NCBI GenBank assembly: GCA_050253075.1
Contig: JBFWJS010000006.1
Span: 128,001-192,000, forward strand
Length of the DNA stretch: 64,000 bases
Origin: Deferribacterales bacterium
GTDB lineage: Bacteria; Chrysiogenota; Deferribacteres; Deferribacterales; Geovibrionaceae
Direction: 5' to 3'
Under the pieces are notes generated by a model. The model had not been told where the DNA came from. It saw only the letters and a list, made by a program, of their open reading frames with translations, and made no database searches. The position numbers were made by a program, and so were the translations under genes. Of this stretch, positions 8,197 to 16,348 are shown piece by piece (within the stretch, counting starts at the first letter, position 1; every line of letters begins with the position of its first letter).

Positions 8197-10182
8197 ATGC
8201 GTGTGAAAGAGCTGATTTCAAACATCGCCGATGAATTTTACGAGCTGATAACCAAAAGCCAATACTTCGCTTCTTTCTTTCTTGGCAAAGATTTAGACAA
8301 GATAAAACCAAGACTGAGACAATTTTTAGTGGACCAGCTGACATCACAGGATCAGGAGAAGCAGTACAAGCAGGCCTATAATATCGGCGTGATGCATGCG
8401 TCTCAGGGTATACCTCTTAACAACGTTTTTAATTTCATAGATTTCTTTCAGTCCAAAATTTATAAATACTGCGATGAAAATCGTGACCGCTGCTCTGCTC
8501 TGAACCTGAGCAACCTAGACAACATGAAGAACTGGTTTGCGAAAGGATACCTGCATAAGACAATAGAGGACACAGACATGATGTCTATCCCACTATTCTC
8601 TGTACTTTCCACCACAAGGGTCGCCACTTCCATCATCTCATGGATGCTCGATCTTAACAAAATGATCCTCAACGAAGGCGTATTCGAAGGCGAACATCAC
8701 CATAACAACTCCTGTGACCTTATGAATTATCTGAACAAACCTTTCTTTAACATGATATTCGAGAGCGAAGACAACTTCATGGACTTCAACAGGATGCATG
8801 TGGAGCTGCATAACACGGCAAACAGCCTCCTCTACTTTATGGATGAAAAGAGCTATGCACAGGCATACTTTGTCTATAACGACTTCGTAGAGCAGTGTAA
8901 ATCGTTCCTTAACTTTTACTTCGAGCGTGTTGTTCTCTTCGAGCAGAACAACCGTAACTACTTTTATAAATTCATAAAAAAGAAGGTCGAATACGGACGC
9001 CAAGTCACTGTCTTCACCTTTAACATAAGAAACATGCAGATGATAAATAAGATATGGGGGCTGGAGGTCGGCGACCATATCGTGAACCAGATAGAGCGCC
9101 TGATAGATAAACAGCACGGGATGAACAGCGAAAACTCTGTCTATATCAAGACAAAGAACGCCGAATTCATCATAGTAATGATAAACCACCCTATCTCCAA
9201 AGCTCTCGAAGATTTTAATAATATGAATGCCATCATCGAAAGATTCCTGCTCAAACAGGAAGACTATATATCAGACGTAAGGATATCCAGCGCCTTCATA
9301 CCTTTCGGCGATCAGTCCTTCCACCACATAGAGCACTTGAAGCAGATAGTTCATCAGGCAGTATCACTTTCCAAAAACAATGACAACAAGCCTCTGATAT
9401 GTAACTTCAACATCATATCCCAGCTTAATAAAAACGTCCTCTATGATGAAAAGATAAGGCACTTTATTAAGAAATCCTTCGACAGTAACAACTTCCGACC
9501 GTTCTACCACACCATTGTGGACTCCAGAACAGGTGAGCTTTCCCACGTTGAGGCTCTCGCCAGAGTATGCGACAAGGATTCATGCATCAGTGCAGGTTCT
9601 TTCATCGACTACCTTGTTAAAACAGGGCGTGTGGTCGAGCTGGACAAAGTGATGCTGACAAAGATACTAGACGATTTCCCTAAGATGCAGCATAAGGTAT
9701 CAAAAATATTCATAAACATCAGCCCGAGGTCCCTCCGTGCGTCAGGTTATGTTCAAGCTCTCAAGGAATTCATCGTAAAAGCTGACGCCATCGGTCTTGA
9801 GCATGTCTTCGAGATAACGGAGCAGTCACTCTTTGACAACCTGGAGCTCGTCCGCTCCATACACAAATCCTACGGGTCCGTATTCGCCATAGACGACTTT
9901 GGCTCAGGGTATTCAAACTTCAGCATTGTGTCTGATCTGGGGCAGGAAGGGCTTATAGAATACCTAAAGATAGACGGCTCACTTATAAAGGACATTCACG
10001 AAAATATCTATAAAGAGAATATAGTTGCGGGGATCATACGCATAGCCACCAGCCTGAATATGAAAACCGTTGCCGAATTTGTCTCCGACGAGGCCGTAGC
10101 CGCAAAAGTGAAAAAACTGAAAGCGACATACATGCAGGGTTTCCACTTCTCCATACCTGAACCTATAGAAAACTTAATTTAA
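8197..10182 (+). CDS. Globin + CZB-like + degenerate GGDEF + EAL phosphodiesterase
   Basis: N-terminal FY..IGVMHASQGIP globin-like segment; W..C..H..LH CZB-like segment; GGDEF site replaced by KNAEF; EAL, FEITE, DDFGSGYS, LKIDG, VAEFV and QGF intact. Confidence 0.8.
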   Translation: MRVKELISNIADEFYELITKSQYFASFFLGKDLDKIKPRLRQFLVDQLTSQDQEKQYKQAYNIGVMHASQGIPLNNVFNFIDFFQSKIYKYCDENRDRCSALNLSNLDNMKNWFAKGYLHKTIEDTDMMSIPLFSVLSTTRVATSIISWMLDLNKMILNEGVFEGEHHHNNSCDLMNYLNKPFFNMIFESEDNFMDFNRMHVELHNTANSLLYFMDEKSYAQAYFVYNDFVEQCKSFLNFYFERVVLFEQNNRNYFYKFIKKKVEYGRQVTVFTFNIRNMQMINKIWGLEVGDHIVNQIERLIDKQHGMNSENSVYIKTKNAEFIIVMINHPISKALEDFNNMNAIIERFLLKQEDYISDVRISSAFIPFGDQSFHHIEHLKQIVHQAVSLSKNNDNKPLICNFNIISQLNKNVLYDEKIRHFIKKSFDSNNFRPFYHTIVDSRTGELSHVEALARVCDKDSCISAGSFIDYLVKTGRVVELDKVMLTKILDDFPKMQHKVSKIFINISPRSLRASGYVQALKEFIVKADAIGLEHVFEITEQSLFDNLELVRSIHKSYGSVFAIDDFGSGYSNFSIVSDLGQEGLIEYLKIDGSLIKDIHENIYKENIVAGIIRIATSLNMKTVAEFVSDEAVAAKVKKLKATYMQGFHFSIPEPIENLI

Positions 10183-10214
10183 TAAAATATTCGGAATAAA
10201 AAGAAAAATTTTTC

Positions 10215-10242
10215 TTGCTTTATTCTGTATTATTAATATAGT
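10215..10242 (+). promoter_or_regulatory. Candidate sigma70 promoter for the RRM gene (implies a ~230-nt leader)
   Basis: TTGCTT-16 bp-TATAGT. Confidence 0.45.
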
Positions 10243-10478
10243 GTTTATAGTCAATCACGTATTCAGAATGTTTCTGATAGTTGTTAGCAAATTTGAATTG
10301 GATTTTGAATCAGAACAGATCAGTTTACCAAGCTCCACGTTGAATGTTCTTCAATTAAATGCCCACATAAATTTGTTCCTAGTTCCTGTTTCCGGATCAT
10401 ACCGCATCCAGCATTTGTAATACACAGATTCACCAGGATATCTGGAATTGACAAAAAAAAATTTATGAGGATCATATT

Positions 10479-10748
10479 ATGAACATTTACGTAGGAAACC
10501 TTAGCTACTCTACTAGCGAAGAAGATCTCAGCGCACTTTTCGAAAACATCGGTCAGGTTGACTCTGCAAGAATCATCTCTGACAGAGAAACAGGACGTTC
10601 TAAAGGCTTCGGCTTTGTAGAAATGTCTGACAACGATGCAGCTAAAGCTGCTATCGAGCAACTTAACGGCACAGAGTTCGGCGGCAGAAACCTCACAGTT
10701 AACGAGGCTAAGCCTAGAAACAACGACCGTGGACCTAGAAGATACTAA
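10479..10748 (+). CDS. RRM-domain RNA-binding protein
   Basis: RNP2 IYVGNL and RNP1 KGFGFVEM. Confidence 0.95.
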   Translation: MNIYVGNLSYSTSEEDLSALFENIGQVDSARIISDRETGRSKGFGFVEMSDNDAAKAAIEQLNGTEFGGRNLTVNEAKPRNNDRGPRRY

Positions 10749-10880
10749 TTAGATCTTACCGTAAACAACATCCGTGTTGTTTACCCGCCTGAACTGCCCA
10801 AAGGCTAGCCTTTGCCAGTTCTCGCTACAGAGAACTTCCGCGATGCACATCAGTGTGCATTTAAGATCTTCTCCTAAACA
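10749..10880. repeat. Composite hairpin element related to the 5850 element
   Basis: GTAAACAA-catccgtg-TTGTTTAC, AAAGGC-ta-GCCTTT and ATGCAC-atcagt-GTGCAT hairpins. Confidence 0.6.
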
Positions 10881-10896
10881 AGATAATTAAAATAAC

Positions 10897-10924
10897 AAAG
10901 CCGGACTTTTGTCCGGCTTTTTTT
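10897..10924. terminator. Intrinsic terminator
   Basis: AAAGCCGGAC-tttt-GTCCGGCTTT followed by a T-run. Confidence 0.85.
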
Positions 10925-10953
10925 ATGTCTTATTTTAAAGTGCATGACGCTTA

Positions 10954-11652
10954 TTATTCGATTATATTCTTAGCCAGAGCGATGGCAACTGCGTGCTGTC
11001 TGTTCGTAGCGTGCAGTTTATACTTTATATTCTTGATGTGGAAGTTGATGGTGTTTTCGGTGATGCCGAGTATCTTTGCTATCTCCCATGATGTTTTCCC
11101 GTATTTCAGCCATGTGAGAACGCTTATCTCCCTGTCGCTGAGTCTGCCTGTGTCCTGCTGTCCTGCGGAAACGCTCATTATACGTACATAAGCACCGAGC
11201 AAATGGGCATGCAGATAGCATGATATCTCATTAAATACCCTGTAGCTCTCCTCATCGTTAATGATGAAGAAAAGGATATTTGCGATCTTTGTCTCTTTAT
11301 TCAGCTTATTCAGTATGCAGATATAAGAACCGTATGAAGCCGAGGCATTATTTTCTTTCACTTTTGAGAAAACATCATCGGCAAACAGCGGCATTTCAGA
11401 AGTGACGATGACTTCCTCACCTGCCAGTATTCTGTGTAATACATTGTCCTGATTATAGTTTTCGAGAGATACGGTATAGTTGTTTATGGTGTTCGCATCA
11501 GGAAGGTCTGTAAAAATGAGTTTATGCGTACATGTCTTATGGAACTGAACCTCTGTTAGAGATACAGATGTGAATCCGAGCATTTCTTTTGAGCTGATCA
11601 GCATTTCGGAAAATGCAGACAGTGACTTTACATTTACGATAGAAGTCACCAA
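10954..11652 (-). CDS. LuxR-family regulator (solo) with a divergent N-terminal ligand domain
   Basis: C-terminal LSDREISVLTWLKYGKTSWEIAKILGITENTINFHIKNI HTH; start codon uncertain. Confidence 0.85.
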   Translation of the reverse strand: MVTSIVNVKSLSAFSEMLISSKEMLGFTSVSLTEVQFHKTCTHKLIFTDLPDANTINNYTVSLENYNQDNVLHRILAGEEVIVTSEMPLFADDVFSKVKENNASASYGSYICILNKLNKETKIANILFFIINDEESYRVFNEISCYLHAHLLGAYVRIMSVSAGQQDTGRLSDREISVLTWLKYGKTSWEIAKILGITENTINFHIKNIKYKLHATNRQHAVAIALAKNIIE

Positions 11653-11736
11653 GTCTAATACAGCTTTATATACGACGCTTTTAAATCATTCATAAGAACC
11701 ACTTTGACTTATTTGTTATATGATTAATCATAACAC

Positions 11737-11789
11737 AAAAAAAAAATGCCGCCAGATGCAAAGCCCGGAAAATGTTGCGATCTGACGGC
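11737..11789 (-). terminator. Intrinsic terminator upstream of the luxR gene
   Basis: Minus strand GCCGTCAGAT..ATCTGGCGGC followed by a long T-run. Confidence 0.7.
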
Positions 11790-11895
11790 CAATGCGGGAT
11801 ACGGTAGTTTTAGGTCTACCGTATTCTTTGTATTGTTAGTATCCTTTTTATTTATTAAAGATATTATTAATTACATACATTTATAAAATAATTAA

Positions 11896-11913
11896 ACTAC
11901 TAAAAGTGGTAGT
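11896..11913. promoter_or_regulatory. Candidate lux/las-type box
   Basis: ACTAC-TAAAAGTG-GTAGT; fits CT-N12-AG with palindromic arms. Confidence 0.45.
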
Positions 11914-12086
11914 GTTCGAGCAGTTAAAATTATTTACCTTTCATGTACGGACAAGAGCTGCATGAGCACTTGAAATTATCGTCACCCGATGTTGTCTTTA
12001 TAAAATTTACCAGCTTAAAAGTGCTGTAAACTGCGGCCCACAAAACGAGGGCCGCCACAATGATATTACTTAACAATTTATCCTCC

Positions 12087-14276
12087 TCAAGAAATGATCT
12101 GATAGACCACTATTGAAGCAAGAAAAGCTATACCGGTATACCCCAAAACGGTAAACCCTGCCCATCTCCATGAGCCTGTCTCTTTCGCAATAGCGACAAC
12201 AGTCACGAAACATGGTGAGTATAATAATATAAATGTAAGCAATGCGAACGCATTTGCAAGTGTCCAGCCGGATTTAGTGACCAGACTCTCAGCCAGAGGA
12301 GCAGAATCCTCTATGTCGACCTCGCCCATTGAGTATGCTGTACCCAGTGCGGAGACAACAACCTCTTTGGCTGCGATACCGCCAACAAGGGCGATGTTAG
12401 TCTTCCAGTCGAAACCTGCGTATTTACTTACACTTTCTATTGATCTGCCTATGCGCCCTGCGAAAGAATCTTTAAGGGCAGTGGCAGCGATTTCACTGTC
12501 GATCTCTGTAAGTTTGTCACGAAGCTCCTGCGCCTCAACAGATACGGCTTCTTCGTCACTCTTAGCTTCAAAAACTACTTCTTTGGTGTACTGAGACTCC
12601 ACATTTGTTATCTGTGTGTCAAATACCGCCATCTCTTCTTCATTCATAGTAGGGAATGTCATAAGAACCCAGAGAAGGATAGAGATAGCAAGTATCACTG
12701 TACCCGCTTTTCTAACGTACATCCAGCATCTCTCCCAAGCATGTATGGTGAGACCCTTCAGCGTAGGCATTCTATAAGGAGGGAGCTCCATAACGAATGC
12801 AGACGACTTTTCCTTCAGTACGAAGAAACCGAGGATACGTGCAACGCTCAGTGCGATAAGCCAGCTGAGGAGCGTGATACCGAGCATGATAGTACTTTCG
12901 TGTTTGTCAAAGAATGCAGCGATTATAAGCGCATATATGGGCAGCTTCGCACCACAAGGCATGAAAGGAGCCGTAAGGATTGTTATCAGCCTCTCCTTCT
13001 CGCCTTTGATAGTACGTGCAGCCATAACGCCGGGAACAGCACAACCGCCTGCGATACCGCCTGAAACGATATAAGCAACAACGGAGTTACCCTGAAGCCC
13101 GAACATTCTGAAAACTCTGTCCAGCATATAAGCTGTTCTAGCCATGTAGCCCGAATCCTCCATAAGGGCGATAGCGAAGAACATGAAAAGGATCAGCGGA
13201 GCAAAACCAAGAACCCCACCGACACCGTCGATAATACCTGATATTAAAAGAGACTTTAAAAGACCATCGCGAAGTCCTGAGTCTATGATGCCTGAAAGCC
13301 AGCCGAAGCCTGTCTCAAGCCAACCCACAGGGTATTCACTCGCCCAGAAAGTAAATTCGTAGATACCGTAAAGAAAAGCAAGCATAAGTAGAGGTCCGAG
13401 GAGCCTGTGTGTGAGGACCATGTCGATCTTATCACTCCAGTAGAGCCTGTCGAGACCTGATTCTTCGCAAAACATAACACCTTTGAGGATAGAGTTGATG
13501 TATCCGTATCTGTAGTCTGCTATGAGGTTTTCCGCTGTGATCTTGAGAGTGGATTTCAGGTGGCTGTTAAGAGCGTCTGACATCTCGAGGAGCTTCTTAT
13601 GGATGTCCATATGCAGAGCACCCTGAGCGTGTACCTGTTCGTCATTTTCAAGATATTTAAGGGCTACCCATCTGGCAGGGTATTTATCTGTCAGAAAGCC
13701 TGATTCTTCGATGATAGGTGTCATCTCGTCGAGACAAGTATCTATATCCTGACCGTATGATATTTTAAATTTCGGCTGAGGTTTGCCGTCTGCGATGTAT
13801 TTTGAAACAGCATCGAGAAGACCCTCGGTACCTTTGTTTTCTCTGGCGACAGTCTCGATAACCGGTACGCCGAGCTTCTCAGCGAGAAGTTTAACATCTA
13901 TGGTGATGTTACGTTTTTTAGCAACGTCCATCATGTTCAGAGCCATCACGGCAGGAACCTGAAGCTCCATGAACTGAACAAACATATAAAGGTTTCTTTC
14001 AAGGTTTGATGCGTCGATAACGTCTATGACAACGTCGGGCTTTTCGCCTACGACATAGTCTCTCGCAACGACTTCCTCAAGGGAATAAGGGCTAAGGCTG
14101 TATGTACCGGGAAGGTCGACAACATTGAACTGCTCGTTCTTATGTGTGACACGCGCTTCCTTCTTTTCAACAGTAACACCGGGGTAATTCGCCACGTGGT
14201 AATTAGCACCTGTGATATTATTGAAAAGGGATGTTTTACCGCAATTGGGGTTTCCTGCTATTGCTATAGTCTTCAT
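12087..14276 (-). CDS. feoB: Ferrous iron transporter B
   Basis: GNPNCGKT, NYPGVTVE, DLPGTYSL G-motifs followed by a membrane domain. Confidence 0.97.
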   Translation of the reverse strand: MKTIAIAGNPNCGKTSLFNNITGANYHVANYPGVTVEKKEARVTHKNEQFNVVDLPGTYSLSPYSLEEVVARDYVVGEKPDVVIDVIDASNLERNLYMFVQFMELQVPAVMALNMMDVAKKRNITIDVKLLAEKLGVPVIETVARENKGTEGLLDAVSKYIADGKPQPKFKISYGQDIDTCLDEMTPIIEESGFLTDKYPARWVALKYLENDEQVHAQGALHMDIHKKLLEMSDALNSHLKSTLKITAENLIADYRYGYINSILKGVMFCEESGLDRLYWSDKIDMVLTHRLLGPLLMLAFLYGIYEFTFWASEYPVGWLETGFGWLSGIIDSGLRDGLLKSLLISGIIDGVGGVLGFAPLILFMFFAIALMEDSGYMARTAYMLDRVFRMFGLQGNSVVAYIVSGGIAGGCAVPGVMAARTIKGEKERLITILTAPFMPCGAKLPIYALIIAAFFDKHESTIMLGITLLSWLIALSVARILGFFVLKEKSSAFVMELPPYRMPTLKGLTIHAWERCWMYVRKAGTVILAISILLWVLMTFPTMNEEEMAVFDTQITNVESQYTKEVVFEAKSDEEAVSVEAQELRDKLTEIDSEIAATALKDSFAGRIGRSIESVSKYAGFDWKTNIALVGGIAAKEVVVSALGTAYSMGEVDIEDSAPLAESLVTKSGWTLANAFALLTFILLYSPCFVTVVAIAKETGSWRWAGFTVLGYTGIAFLASIVVYQIIS

Positions 14277-14277
14277 A

Positions 14278-14511
14278 TCAGTCCTCCACTTCAACAGTTA
14301 TAAAGTCGGCTTCGTTGTTACGAAGGCTGATAGTAAAACCCCTTATTTTCAAAGCAACCGGGTCTTTCAGAGGGGCACGTCCGACGACCTTTACCTCTGC
14401 ACCAGGAGTAAGCCCCATGTCATTGATGCGCTGGCGCAGTTCACCCTCGCATTGGACACTTATTATGCGGCCCTTCTGGTTCTTTTTCATATTTCTCATG
14501 GATACTTCCAT
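14278..14511 (-). CDS. feoA: Ferrous iron transport protein A
   Basis: RINDMGLTPG..APLKDP..SLR; directly upstream of feoB. Confidence 0.93.
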   Translation of the reverse strand: MEVSMRNMKKNQKGRIISVQCEGELRQRINDMGLTPGAEVKVVGRAPLKDPVALKIRGFTISLRNNEADFITVEVED

Positions 14512-14621
14512 TGCACTCTCCAAAGATTAACATAATAGTAAAATTAAAATCTTCCAGTCAAATGAAATTGTTACAATTTCAAAATAAAATACTCATCATC
14601 ATTATATGTGCGCGCTTCATT

Positions 14622-14696
14622 AATGATAACGATTTTCAATATCGTTACTTTATTTAAGAAGTGATGTCAATAAGAAAAATGAGAATTAATCTCAAT
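14622..14696. promoter_or_regulatory. Two candidate Fur boxes upstream of feoAB
   Basis: AATGATAACGATTTTCAAT (14622-14640) and AATGAGAATTAATCTCAAT (14678-14696). Confidence 0.7.
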
Positions 14697-14864
14697 AATG
14701 TTCTATTTGCGGATTTATCCATGTTTTAAATGCTTTATTATTAGAATGTTATAGAATCCTGAATTTTCACAAACAAATACACATACATATATAATTATAC
14801 AGCACATTTTTTGTAATGGTTAAGAGGCATTCTCAATAAGAGCCGCTTATTGAGAAAATCAGAC

Positions 14865-14896
14865 AAAAAAAAGCGGACCTTAAAAAGATCCGCTTT
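14865..14896 (-). terminator. Intrinsic terminator after trxA-fmdB
   Basis: A-run GCGGA..TCCGC hairpin. Confidence 0.7.
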
Positions 14897-14938
14897 CGTA
14901 TTCTTATTGCACCAACCTGATACAAGAGCCTAAGGCGC

Positions 14939-15133
14939 TCAGCTGAAACCGCTGCCGCACCCTCCTCCGAAAGAACCTCCGGATGAGGCCCCCGAAGAAG
15001 AGCTGATGGTGGATATGAGCTTTTCGCAATCCTCGCTCTTACAGCTTGGGCATTCTATTTTTGTATCCTGACTGAAAACAAGCTTTGAGAACTGGTTATT
15101 ACACTTCTTACACTTGTATTCATAAATAGGCAT
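14939..15133 (-). CDS. FmdB-family zinc-ribbon protein
   Basis: MPIYEYKCKKC..CPSC with a Gly/Ser-rich tail. Confidence 0.9.
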   Translation of the reverse strand: MPIYEYKCKKCNNQFSKLVFSQDTKIECPSCKSEDCEKLISTISSSSGASSGGSFGGGCGSGFS

Positions 15134-15144
15134 AAAAGAGCCTC

Positions 15145-15462
15145 TTAGATGTGTTTTTTAAGAGCGTCTTCGTAAACACCTTTTGGCTGTACGCCGATGA
15201 ACTGCTCTACTACTTTACCTTCGTTGAAGATCATAACAGTAGGGATGCTCATGATGCCGTACTTAGCCGCAAGCTGCTGGTTTTCATCTACGTTAACCTT
15301 AGCTACTTTCACTTTGCCTTCGTATTCTGAAGCAAGGGACTCGATAGTAGGTGTAAGCATTCTGCAAGGTCCACACCAAACTGCCCAGAAGTCCACGAGA
15401 ACAGGTACGCCCGCCTCAATTACTTCAGTCTGAAAACTAGCTTCGTTAAGTTCTGCTGCCAT
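15145..15462 (-). CDS. trxA: Thioredoxin
   Basis: VDFWAVWCGPC; GAGGAGG SD before ATG 15462. Confidence 0.95.
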   Translation of the reverse strand: MAAELNEASFQTEVIEAGVPVLVDFWAVWCGPCRMLTPTIESLASEYEGKVKVAKVNVDENQQLAAKYGIMSIPTVMIFNEGKVVEQFIGVQPKGVYEDALKKHI

Positions 15463-15562
15463 GTGATTCCTCCTCATTTGTCAGTCATGTATATACTATA
15501 CAATTTTCATCGTTTGTCAATGTAATATGGTACATATATCGTAATATTCATATATATTTGTT

Positions 15563-16348
15563 TTATATAAAAATACAAGTCTTTTTATGAAAACAATTCG
15601 TGCATTCGTCGCATGCGCCGTACATACAGTCATTTACGATGCCTAACCGTGTAAGTGCAAAATCATATTTTGCAGGGTCTTCGGGGCATAGTTTTCTGAA
15701 AAAAGCGCTTACACTTTCCAGATTTTTCCTTGTGGCGCTGTCGGTATTTATTATCCCGTTATTTTTGGCAAAACGCAGGATATGCGTATCGATGGGCATC
15801 ATCAGCTCTGTCCGGCTGAAACTCTCCCACAGTCCGAAATCCACATCGTCCCTGCGTATCATCCAGCGGAGAAACATACGCAGACGCTTTGCGCCGGATG
15901 TCCTAGGATTAGGAAAAAGGAAGAAGAAGCCCTTCCCTGCGTCACTGCACATAGCGTTCATCACATCAAAGAAGTGGTCTATACCATCCTCCAGTGTGGG
16001 CTTCTCTCGGAAGATGTTCTCCACCGAACCGTACTCGGCATAAACACGCTTCATAAAGTGCGCATAGTAGTGCACATCGTCCACCGACTGAAAGCGGTAA
16101 TAGAGCCCGTTCGGCTCATCAGGCACCTTCAGAGGATCAGTCCCGTAATACTCGAAAAAGCTCAGCAGGAATGATTTTATAGCCTTAACATTGCCATAGG
16201 CAAAGCATGCCGCAGTCATAGCGACAAACTCTCTGTTTCCGCCGAGAGTATGGGGATAATGTATGGGGTCTGTATGGATAAAGTCTGAAATATTATATCT
16301 TTTATAAATATCTTCGAAAAAGGACTTAAAATCAGGCTGCTTAGCCAT
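15563..16348 (-). CDS. TIGR02757-type protein (HhH-GPD-like)
   Basis: FAYGNV, KRLRMFLRWMIR, DFGLW, PIDTH, DPAKYDFAL. Confidence 0.8.
   Translation of the reverse strand: MAKQPDFKSFFEDIYKRYNISDFIHTDPIHYPHTLGGNREFVAMTAACFAYGNVKAIKSFLLSFFEYYGTDPLKVPDEPNGLYYRFQSVDDVHYYAHFMKRVYAEYGSVENIFREKPTLEDGIDHFFDVMNAMCSDAGKGFFFLFPNPRTSGAKRLRMFLRWMIRRDDVDFGLWESFSRTELMMPIDTHILRFAKNNGIINTDSATRKNLESVSAFFRKLCPEDPAKYDFALTRLGIVNDCMYGACDECTNCFHKKTCIFI

Noticed and set aside
11745..11790. c-di-GMP-I riboswitch (GATGCAAAGCC resemblance)
   Set aside because: It lacks the GGCAAA/GNRA P2 stem, and the sequence is better explained as a minus-strand terminator.
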